This document shows positions 7,948-15,571 of a stretch of DNA of 64,000 nt, one piece after another. The position numbers were made by a program, and so were the translations under genes. A model generated the notes under the pieces. It saw only the letters and a list, made by a program, of their open reading frames with translations, was not told the DNA's origin and made no database searches. The stretch is taken from the IMG/VR virus record IMGVR_UViG_3300009128_001633, positions 1-64,000 of that record. The stretch is one strand, 5' to 3'. Position 1 is the first letter of the stretch; each line of letters starts with the position of its first letter. The stretch comes from a virus.

Positions 7948-9146
7948 AAAATGAAATAATATACGCAGAGATTTCTAAAGACATAAATGACTCTTTTGAA
8001 ACAGCATTATGTAACTTAAATGAAATAGAAGATGAAGATGCACTAATGATAAGAGGCAAATCAGTAAAGGAAATAGTTGATTACAAATTTGTTATAGAAA
8101 ACCCAATAAGAAGATTTTTGACGTGTCCATATAGATATAACAACATAATGGCAACAGTCGCAGAAGTCTTATGGGTTTTTTCTGGAAGAAACGATCTTGG
8201 ATATCTTAGCTACTTTCTGCCAAATGCAGCAGACTTTAGTGATAACGAAGGACAAACTTGGGGAGGAGCATATGGACCTAGATTAAGATATTTTTCTATA
8301 TTTAATAGGGATTATGCATATGATCCAGAATCCATGCCATCAAAAATCCCATCGTATGATCAGATTAAAAACGTTATAGAAACTTTAAAAGAAGATCCAT
8401 TCTCACGACAAGCAATAATAGAAATTGCACAACCAGACGTTGACTATGATCACAGAATTAAAACAAAGGATAGACCATGCACATTATTCATTCAATTTCT
8501 CATAAGAGATGGCAAGCTAGATTGTTTTGTTAAAATGAGATCAAACGATGTTATGTGGGGATGTTATAATATTAATGTATTTGAATGGACTTTTCTTCAG
8601 GAAATAATAGCTGGAATTTTAAATGTAGAAGTTGGATACTATAACCATAATGCAGTATCTTTTCATCTATACATGTCAATGAATGACAGAGTCCAAAAGA
8701 TGATAAATGCAAAAAAGTATAATGTGTATAATGTTGAAAGAGTGTTAATACAACCAATTAAGTTCGCACAACTTGATGGGTTCTATATCGCAACTGAACA
8801 TTGGATGAGATGTATAGAAAAATCAATTGCTGATCCTAAATGGGAATATAATGAAGAAGATGCGTATAATTATCTTGGAACAAATACAATGCCATACCTA
8901 CATTACTTGAATTTGGTTCTTGCTTTTATTGCCATGAAACAAAAGAAATATGAAAAAGCATATCAGCTTCTATGCTTCATTGATCAATGGGACATATTAA
9001 TAGCTGGACTAGAATATTTCATTCGTTATATTAAAAGAAATACAGATGACAATACAGAACGTAATATGATAAACAAAATATCAAACCAATCAAACATGAC
9101 ACAAGATAGTTTTAAATTCATAATAGGATTATGGGATGAAGTATAG
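7944..9146 (+). CDS. Thymidylate-synthase-family enzyme, likely dUMP hydroxymethylase
   Basis: AYGPRL, DPFSRQAII, catalytic PCT, MRSND, SFHLY. The Asn in INVFEW aligns with E. coli ThyA Asn177. Long C-terminal extension. Confidence 0.8.
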   Translation: MKNEIIYAEISKDINDSFETALCNLNEIEDEDALMIRGKSVKEIVDYKFVIENPIRRFLTCPYRYNNIMATVAEVLWVFSGRNDLGYLSYFLPNAADFSDNEGQTWGGAYGPRLRYFSIFNRDYAYDPESMPSKIPSYDQIKNVIETLKEDPFSRQAIIEIAQPDVDYDHRIKTKDRPCTLFIQFLIRDGKLDCFVKMRSNDVMWGCYNINVFEWTFLQEIIAGILNVEVGYYNHNAVSFHLYMSMNDRVQKMINAKKYNVYNVERVLIQPIKFAQLDGFYIATEHWMRCIEKSIADPKWEYNEEDAYNYLGTNTMPYLHYLNLVLAFIAMKQKKYEKAYQLLCFIDQWDILIAGLEYFIRYIKRNTDDNTERNMINKISNQSNMTQDSFKFIIGLWDEV

Positions 9147-9155
9147 GAGAAACAT

Positions 9156-11840
9156 ATGAAGTCAAAGGAGATGAATAAGATAATACATGAAAATACAGAC
9201 ATAATAATAACTAAAATAAGTAAAAGAAAAGGAGATGAATTTGCATTAGCTAAATCAAGCATTGGAAATTTATTTATATACGATGCCAAATACACTTTTA
9301 GAGAATTAAAAGAAACCAACATACCAATCCATGTCTATAATAGCATTCCAGATGGAAGAATAAAAATAATTTTCATCTGGAATGCTAAACCATATCTAGT
9401 TAACATAGAAGACATTATAACAAAACCCAGAATAAATAGAAAATTAAAGTTAGCAATATTTCCAGTTCAACTTTCCCGTCTTAAACTCCTCAAAAAACAA
9501 GAACAACCAAAAAATCAAACCAAATTTATACACACGCATGTCCATACAGATCATAGTTTAATTGATGGAATCAGTACATGCATTTCTTATGTAAATAAAG
9601 CAAAAAACTTAGGAATGCCAGCAATAGCAATAACTGATCATGGTAATATTTCTGCACATCTATATTTGCAGTTAGAAGCAGAAAAATTAGGAATAAAACC
9701 AATATTTGGCGTAGAGGCATATGTTGTTCAAGATGCAACAATACACGATAGTGATCACAGATCTAACAACCATATAGTTTTATTAGCTAAGAATAAAACT
9801 GGATATAAAAACATTTTGACACTACAAAAACTATCTTGGTCCCCAGAAAACTTCTATTACAGACCAAGAATAGGTTATAAAACTCTCAAAAAATATCATA
9901 AAGGTTTAATTGCTTTAACTGCATGTATTAAAGGTTTGATGGGCTTAGACATCTTAAATGGAGAGCTCAGCGTGGCATATAGGACAGCCAAATGGTTAAA
10001 AAAAGTTTTTGGTGATGACCTATACTTGGAAATACAATTACATAATATATTTGATAATCAGGGTAATGATCTCCAAAAAATATATAACAAAGAGTTAATA
10101 AAAATGTCTAGAAAATTAGACATAGAACTTGTATTAACAAATGATGTGCATTATGCAGATAAGGGTATGCACAAAGTACAAGAAAAAGTAATTAAAATGA
10201 AAAGTGATTCTGATCTCGCGGATGCGTATTGTAGATCAATATGGTTTAAGAGTTTAAAAGAGTTAACAGAAACAAGAAAAAATGAGTGTAGTTATATAAA
10301 AATTCCAACATTCAAGAAAGCTGTCTCAAATACACTTAAAATAGCAGATAAATGTAATTATAAAATACCAACAGGAGGCCTTAGAATACCATCCATAGAC
10401 ATAAGTGAATTTCCTGGACATAAATCGTGGATGACCGAAGAAGATTATTTAACACATAGAATAAAAAAAGGAATAAGAAAAAGAGTAAAAGAAAACAAGA
10501 AAAAATTAACATCAGAATATAGTGAACGTATAAAAATAGAAATGAATGCATTTATTAAAATGAAAGTTATATCGTACATATTAATATATGATGATTTAGT
10601 ACGTTTTTTAAAGAAAAAAGGATGCCTCTGCTCATTAAGAGGTTCTGCAAATGGAAGCATTGTTCTATGGTTAATAGGATTGTCAATAGTTGATCCTATA
10701 AAGTTTAATATTTTGTTTGAAAGATTCATTAGCCCTGCAAGAATAGAGGCTGAAATGGCAGACATAGATATTGACCTTGATATTTCACATGAATATAGAG
10801 ATGTAGCTATTAACTATTTAAAAGAAAAATATGGCGAAGATCATATATGTATAGTTGGTACATTTGGTAGAACACAACTAAAAGCTTCTGTTAAAAACAT
10901 GGCAAGAGTTGAGGCAATTAAAATCAAGAAGCGTATTGATAAAACAAGAACAAAAACTAAAATTAAAAAACTAGAGAAAAAACTAGAACAATTCTCATAT
11001 AAAGAAATAAATAAAGTTACAAAACTTATGCCATTGGAATTTGATAAACTAAAAGATTCATCTGTATCTGATTGGTATAAAAAAAATAAAAAGTGGTTAA
11101 AGAAATACATAAAACCGATATTGGGCAACGTGTATTCAGAATCATTACATCCTGCCGGAATAGTAATTTCGCCAGAACCATATCATGAGTGGCTTCCTGT
11201 GAGAACAAACAAGCTTTCACAGGCAAAAGGTGGGCATAGGGTATTCGCCACACAATGGGAAAACTCACACACAAGTGTAGAACATCTAAATGAACGTGGT
11301 GTGATGGTTATGGATATATTAGGTGTGAAAACCTTAACAATCGTCGATGAAACTCTCAAACTAATAAAGAAAAGACACGGTGAGAAATTGAAGCTTGAAG
11401 CAATACCACTTAATAACAGAAAGACTTACAAAACATTATCAAAAGGTGAAAACCTTGGTATATTTCAACTGAGTGAAGGATTTTTAAAACCAATATTAAG
11501 ACAAACAAAACCAGACAATATAGAGGATATAATATTCATGGTTGCCGCAGATCGCCCAGGACCTATGGCATCCGGTGCGTTCGACCATTATGCAAAAAGA
11601 AAACATGGTAAGGAAAAAGTTAAGGTCCCACACCCATCTATGAAGATAGTGTTAAAAGATACTCTTGGTGTACTAACATACAGTGAACATGTTATGAGAA
11701 CAGCAACCTTTTTCGCAGGAATGGATCCAATTGATTCTGAAAAAATGAGGAAAGTTGTTAAGTCAAAAAATCCTGCAGATTTTATAAAATTTAAAGAAAA
11801 GTTTATTTCAGGAGCAATAAAAAAATGGACAAAAAAATAA
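9156..11840 (+). CDS. dnaE: DNA polymerase III alpha, N-terminal piece (PHP, palm, thumb, part of fingers)
   Basis: HTHVHTDHSLIDG, AITDHG, TNDVHY, RGSANGS, FERFISPAR, DIDID, HPAGIVIS, DILGVKTL, RPGPM; ends FISGAIKKWTKK*. Confidence 0.95.
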   Translation: MKSKEMNKIIHENTDIIITKISKRKGDEFALAKSSIGNLFIYDAKYTFRELKETNIPIHVYNSIPDGRIKIIFIWNAKPYLVNIEDIITKPRINRKLKLAIFPVQLSRLKLLKKQEQPKNQTKFIHTHVHTDHSLIDGISTCISYVNKAKNLGMPAIAITDHGNISAHLYLQLEAEKLGIKPIFGVEAYVVQDATIHDSDHRSNNHIVLLAKNKTGYKNILTLQKLSWSPENFYYRPRIGYKTLKKYHKGLIALTACIKGLMGLDILNGELSVAYRTAKWLKKVFGDDLYLEIQLHNIFDNQGNDLQKIYNKELIKMSRKLDIELVLTNDVHYADKGMHKVQEKVIKMKSDSDLADAYCRSIWFKSLKELTETRKNECSYIKIPTFKKAVSNTLKIADKCNYKIPTGGLRIPSIDISEFPGHKSWMTEEDYLTHRIKKGIRKRVKENKKKLTSEYSERIKIEMNAFIKMKVISYILIYDDLVRFLKKKGCLCSLRGSANGSIVLWLIGLSIVDPIKFNILFERFISPARIEAEMADIDIDLDISHEYRDVAINYLKEKYGEDHICIVGTFGRTQLKASVKNMARVEAIKIKKRIDKTRTKTKIKKLEKKLEQFSYKEINKVTKLMPLEFDKLKDSSVSDWYKKNKKWLKKYIKPILGNVYSESLHPAGIVISPEPYHEWLPVRTNKLSQAKGGHRVFATQWENSHTSVEHLNERGVMVMDILGVKTLTIVDETLKLIKKRHGEKLKLEAIPLNNRKTYKTLSKGENLGIFQLSEGFLKPILRQTKPDNIEDIIFMVAADRPGPMASGAFDHYAKRKHGKEKVKVPHPSMKIVLKDTLGVLTYSEHVMRTATFFAGMDPIDSEKMRKVVKSKNPADFIKFKEKFISGAIKKWTKK

Positions 11841-12208
11841 TAAGAACACCAATTGCCAAAATTAAAAGAACACCTTATCTAAAGAAAACAAAGAATAGAT
11901 GGTTTAAGAAAAATCTTGTAACTATGAAAGGTGGTTATGACATATGGAAATGCACAGAGTGCGGATACGAAGAAAAAACTATTCTAAATAGAAAATGTGA
12001 TTGCCCAGAATGTTCAAAAAAAGATTTGAAAGGAAAACCACTTGGATGGTGGAGAACAATTTCATCAAAAAACAAAAGGTGTCCAAAATGCAAAAGGAAA
12101 GGAAAAGTTGTTCCTAAAAAAGGACATCCTCTAAGTGCTTATTGGATTGAACAAATTAGAAACGATGAATCGTTGATGTGCTGTACGCACAAATGTCTTG
12201 AGTCATAA
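11825..12208 (+). CDS. Cys-rich zinc-ribbon protein inserted within dnaE
   Basis: CTEC, CPEC, CPKC and CCTHKC motifs. Confidence 0.7.
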   Translation: MDKKIIRTPIAKIKRTPYLKKTKNRWFKKNLVTMKGGYDIWKCTECGYEEKTILNRKCDCPECSKKDLKGKPLGWWRTISSKNKRCPKCKRKGKVVPKKGHPLSAYWIEQIRNDESLMCCTHKCLES

Positions 12209-12220
12209 GGAGGTGGTAAG

Positions 12221-12478
12221 ATGTTAGTAACTTTTTTTAAAAATGACAAACAAATATTTCAATTAAAAACAGATCTTGTTCCAGCAAAAAATGAAATTGT
12301 TAGTTTTATAAATAACAATAATAGAATAACATATGAAGTTATTAACTGTGAAAACGTATACGAAGTTATAAAACAAGGAGAAGTTCATGTGATAACATCT
12401 TGTAATATTTCTGTAATAGAAATAGCTAATCAACCTGAAAAGGAGAAACGTAATGACAATATATCTAATGAAGTGTAA
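12221..12478 (+). CDS. Hypothetical protein inserted within dnaE
   Basis: AAGGAGGT RBS. Confidence 0.7.
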   Translation: MLVTFFKNDKQIFQLKTDLVPAKNEIVSFINNNNRITYEVINCENVYEVIKQGEVHVITSCNISVIEIANQPEKEKRNDNISNEV

Positions 12479-12722
12479 AGAATGCAAATCAATAAAAAAT
12501 ATAGGTAGCAATGGAATGATAAACATTGTTACACAAAAGGAAGATATTTTTAAAGAAGAGTGGGTATGCAAGGAATGCTGGCCTGAATCAATTTCTGATT
12601 GGGAATATTATCACAAAGTAACAAAAGAAGAAAAAACAACAACAAGAAAAAATCCAGCTGAAATAATTAGGACACAAGAAGAATTAACAATGTCAGTACA
12701 TGATGACATTGAAGGAGAATAG
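12453..12722 (+). CDS. Zinc-finger-like protein inserted within dnaE
   Basis: AAGGAG RBS; CKEC...CKEC. Confidence 0.7.
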   Translation: MTIYLMKCKECKSIKNIGSNGMINIVTQKEDIFKEEWVCKECWPESISDWEYYHKVTKEEKTTTRKNPAEIIRTQEELTMSVHDDIEGE

Positions 12723-12724
12723 TA

Positions 12725-12823
12725 ATGGATCAAAATGGATATGGAACACCAGATGAAATAAGGAGGATTGCGGAAAGCGTATGGGAGGAAATGATGGGTT
12801 TCTCCAAATACGCTTTCCCGTAA
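12725..12823 (+). CDS. dnaE: DNA polymerase III alpha, 32-aa middle piece (not in the ORF track)
   Basis: AAGGAG RBS 7 nt upstream. MDQNGYGTPDEIRRIAESVWEEMMGFSKYAFP* is the otherwise missing NGY...A..IW..M..F..Y.F segment of DnaE. Confidence 0.85.
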   Translation: MDQNGYGTPDEIRRIAESVWEEMMGFSKYAFP

Positions 12824-12828
12824 AAAAA

Positions 12829-13680
12829 ATGAAAGCTCACGCCACATCTTACGCTATTCTAGCAAATGCAACACAATTCTTAAAAGTAAAGTATCCTATA
12901 GAATTTTTCTGTTCACATCTCCAACAAGCTGTTGATGAAAATTATAATCTAATCAAAAATGTTGCAAAAAGAAAATATGGTGTAAAATTTTATATGCCAG
13001 AGATAAATAAATCATCTGATAAGTTTACTATATATGACAATAAAATAGTATGGTCACTATCAAGTATGAAAGGAGTAGGCTTAAAAGCTGCAAAAGAAAT
13101 TATATCAAAGCAACCATTTACAAGCTTTCATGACTTCTTTGAAAGAATTAACAAAAGAATTGTCAATATAAAAGTTGTAAAAGTTCTAATAATAGCAAAT
13201 GTATTTAGGGAATTTGGAAAAAGAAACAGAATAGCAAAAATATATGGTAAACTTAGAAAAGACAAAGAATATCTAAAAATGACTAAAGAAGAATGGGAAT
13301 TAGAAGCAAGTAAGGTAATGACTTATTTCAAACAATCTGTAAGAGACTTATTTCCAACTAAAACAAAGTCTGCCATAACGTATGAAGAATTTTCAGAAGC
13401 AAAAATTGGGAAGAGGGTCATAGTAGCAGGAATAATAGAAAACTATCGTGAAATAAACAGTAAACGTGGTATGATGATTTTAATGAAAGTCTCTGACTCT
13501 GGAGAAAATTTTGCAATTGTTTGTTGGAACAATTTTTATAATAGACTATCTGAAAACGGAATAAAATTAGATAATGGATTAGCAGTAAGGGTTTCTGGTT
13601 ATAAAAACCTCTCTAACTTAGAAGAAGAACAAATAACACTTGGCAGAGAATCAGGTGCATATGTGAAAGTATTAACATAA
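12829..13680 (+). CDS. dnaE: DNA polymerase III alpha, C-terminal piece (fingers end, HhH, OB fold)
   Basis: MKAHATSYAIL...FLKVKYPIEFF, PEINKS, LSSMKGVG, PFTSFHDF, OB fold VIVAGII. Confidence 0.92.
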   Translation: MKAHATSYAILANATQFLKVKYPIEFFCSHLQQAVDENYNLIKNVAKRKYGVKFYMPEINKSSDKFTIYDNKIVWSLSSMKGVGLKAAKEIISKQPFTSFHDFFERINKRIVNIKVVKVLIIANVFREFGKRNRIAKIYGKLRKDKEYLKMTKEEWELEASKVMTYFKQSVRDLFPTKTKSAITYEEFSEAKIGKRVIVAGIIENYREINSKRGMMILMKVSDSGENFAIVCWNNFYNRLSENGIKLDNGLAVRVSGYKNLSNLEEEQITLGRESGAYVKVLT

Positions 13681-13690
13681 AATGTACTTT

Positions 13691-13721
13691 TTTATTATAA
13701 CTTTATATCTGATTTTGTATA
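13691..13721 (+). promoter_or_regulatory. Putative phage promoter TTTATTATAA-N14-TTGTATA
   Basis: The same two boxes with the same spacing occur on the - strand at 45231-45261. Confidence 0.55.
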
Positions 13722-13723
13722 AC

Positions 13724-13745
13724 TATAAAGTTAGTTAACTTTATA
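13724..13745. promoter_or_regulatory. Perfect inverted repeat (operator-like)
   Basis: TATAAAGTTA-GT-TAACTTTATA; a third half-site TAACTTTATA at 13698-13707. Confidence 0.5.
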
Positions 13746-13762
13746 TAGGAAGGAGGTGAATT

Positions 13763-13954
13763 ATGCCAGAAGGCTATGAAAAATTAAGAGATAAATTTAT
13801 AAAGGATGGTATGAACGAAAAAGAAGCAAAAAAGAAGGCAGTAAGAATATGGAATGCACAAAATCCCGACAACCCTGTGACGAAAACTCATGAAGACTTT
13901 AGACATCTTGACTTGGAGGGAATAGAAGATGACAGACCTATTAAACTTCTTTAA
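13763..13954 (+). CDS. Small hypothetical protein
   Basis: Strong AAGGAGGTG RBS. Confidence 0.75.
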   Translation: MPEGYEKLRDKFIKDGMNEKEAKKKAVRIWNAQNPDNPVTKTHEDFRHLDLEGIEDDRPIKLL

Positions 13955-14624
13955 AACGGTAAGGAGGCTTACATTTATTGAACGATGTTCTAATATCCTG
14001 CACATACATAAAAGTACGGTTTCTGATCATTCGTTTTATGTCGCATTATATGCAATGGTATTTGCAGATATGGAAAATTATAAAATATTAAATGAAGTAG
14101 GAGAAGCAATTGGAAATGGAGTTGGCAATGATAAAAAACTTTCGAAAGAAAAAGTAAGAAATTTATTATACAATACATCGGAAGTTGTTAAACGTTCCCT
14201 AATACATGATTTAGAAGAGTCATTGACTGGCGACATTTTGTATCCAGTAAAGCATGAAGTAAGACCTGCCAAACTACTTTTAGATCAAGCGATTCAGAGT
14301 ATTGTTAATAACGAATTGTTTGAAAGCATACCAGATTACTCAACAAAAAAATATTATAAAATCCTTTGGCAAAAATCAAAAGATAACTCAAAAGAAGGTA
14401 GATTAGTTGCTGCAATGGATAAATTTGAAATATTAATGTATTCATTGCAAGAAATTTTGCTTGGTAATAAACAATTTGGAATTATTTTCAAAACTGCTTT
14501 TGATATCTTAAGAACTGAATTCAAGAGCATAGAAACGCTACAGGGCGTTTTGGATTCTATTGAAAAGGAGGTGAGTACATACGGTCTTAATCTAGTTTCA
14601 CAAAAAGATGTTAATAATGAATGA
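13929..14624 (+). CDS. HD-domain 5'-deoxynucleotidase (YfbR-like)
   Basis: R....ER......TVSDHSFYVA, LIHDLEESLTGDI..PVK, AAMDKFE. Confidence 0.9.
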   Translation: MTDLLNFFKTVRRLTFIERCSNILHIHKSTVSDHSFYVALYAMVFADMENYKILNEVGEAIGNGVGNDKKLSKEKVRNLLYNTSEVVKRSLIHDLEESLTGDILYPVKHEVRPAKLLLDQAIQSIVNNELFESIPDYSTKKYYKILWQKSKDNSKEGRLVAAMDKFEILMYSLQEILLGNKQFGIIFKTAFDILRTEFKSIETLQGVLDSIEKEVSTYGLNLVSQKDVNNE

Positions 14625-14639
14625 ACAAGGAGGGTTTAA

Positions 14640-14984
14640 ATGATTCTACTCGATGTAGCCAAAAAATTAAAAGAAGGTGAATATGAGGATGTTCCAACAG
14701 CAGATCTTGTAAACGTTTTAAGAGATGGTTTTGAAGAAATAAAGAAACTCGCACTGGAAGAAGGTGAAGGGTTTACATTACAAGTTCCAAAGTTTGGTAC
14801 ATTTAAAGTTAAAAAACAACAAGCTAAGACTGGCTTTAATCCTCAAACGAAAAAGAAGATTAAGATACCTGCAAAACTCGCATTTAAACTACAAGCTTCT
14901 TCTGTGTTTAAAGGCGAACTTGCGGAAATAAAAGTTAGCAGTAGTGAAAAAAAGAAAACAAAAAAGAAGAAGAAAAAGAAATAA
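14640..14984 (+). CDS. HU/IHF-family DNA-binding protein with poly-Lys tail
   Basis: FGTFKVK...AKTGFNPQTKKKIKIPAK. Confidence 0.92.
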   Translation: MILLDVAKKLKEGEYEDVPTADLVNVLRDGFEEIKKLALEEGEGFTLQVPKFGTFKVKKQQAKTGFNPQTKKKIKIPAKLAFKLQASSVFKGELAEIKVSSSEKKKTKKKKKKK

Positions 14985-14989
14985 ACATA

Positions 14990-15040
14990 AAAATGCGGTA
15001 ACTTAGAGGATGGTATCTTCTGAGTTCCCGCATTTTTTGT
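14990..15040 (+). terminator. Rho-independent terminator
   Basis: AAAATGCGG.AACTTAGAGGAT-GGT-ATCTTCTGAGTT.CCGCATTTTTT. Confidence 0.8.
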
Positions 15041-15059
15041 TTAAAGGGTTAAATATGCT

Positions 15060-15566
15060 ATGAAAAAAGAAGATCTTAAAGATGTAATGGAAATTGATCT
15101 AAGTGAAGAAGGTCTGTCGTTTGATGCTGTTGAATTATATGAACAGTTAGTTGTATCAGACGACATAGATGAAGACTTAGATAAAACTCATGTACTTTAT
15201 TCATTTTGTGTTATTTTGGGTGAAGAATTTAATCACATGGCTGAAGTTGCCGAAGCTAAATTAAACAAATGGGTTGGAGCAAAATGGACTAAATTAAAAA
15301 ATTCAACGAGAAGAAAATACACTGACCATGATGCCAAAAAGAAAATAGAAGGTTCTAACAAATTTGTTAGAGAAAAAATAAAAATATCAAGATATCGCAA
15401 ACTATATAAACAGTTAGCTTTCGGTGGTGGGAAGGCATTGGAAATAAAAGCTAATAATCTAAGACAAAAAATATTTAGAATAAGTAAGGCACTTGATGAT
15501 GATTTTAATGTGAGAGATAATGATGTTGGTCAATTCATTAAGTCTAAACTAAAAAAGGAGGATTAA
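15060..15566 (+). CDS. Helical protein, possible UvsY-like recombination mediator
   Basis: Position before the SSB-like and recA genes; helical character with a KYTD..AK..IEG pattern. Confidence 0.45.
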   Translation: MKKEDLKDVMEIDLSEEGLSFDAVELYEQLVVSDDIDEDLDKTHVLYSFCVILGEEFNHMAEVAEAKLNKWVGAKWTKLKNSTRRKYTDHDAKKKIEGSNKFVREKIKISRYRKLYKQLAFGGGKALEIKANNLRQKIFRISKALDDDFNVRDNDVGQFIKSKLKKED

Positions 15567-15571
15567 AGAAG

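Noticed and set aside
11822-12739. DNA excision between the AAAATGGA direct repeats restoring dnaE
   Set aside because: Joining at this repeat, or at the nearby ATGGA copies, puts piece 2 out of frame and hits a stop.
12781-12828. ORF-track start MGGNDGFLQIRFPVKK for the DnaE C-piece
   Set aside because: It is the -1 shadow of piece 2; DnaE similarity in this frame starts only at KAH (ATG 12829).
11838-12831. Split intein or group I intron in dnaE
   Set aside because: There is no intein N-terminal (C/S-start block A) or C-terminal HN-C/S/T motif on any piece. The 890-nt gap is fully protein-coding, leaving no room for a ribozyme core.
13929-14624. DatZ/Z-genome (2-aminoadenine) system
   Set aside because: An HD enzyme is present but no PurZ is seen, and the surrounding genes point to pyrimidine modification.
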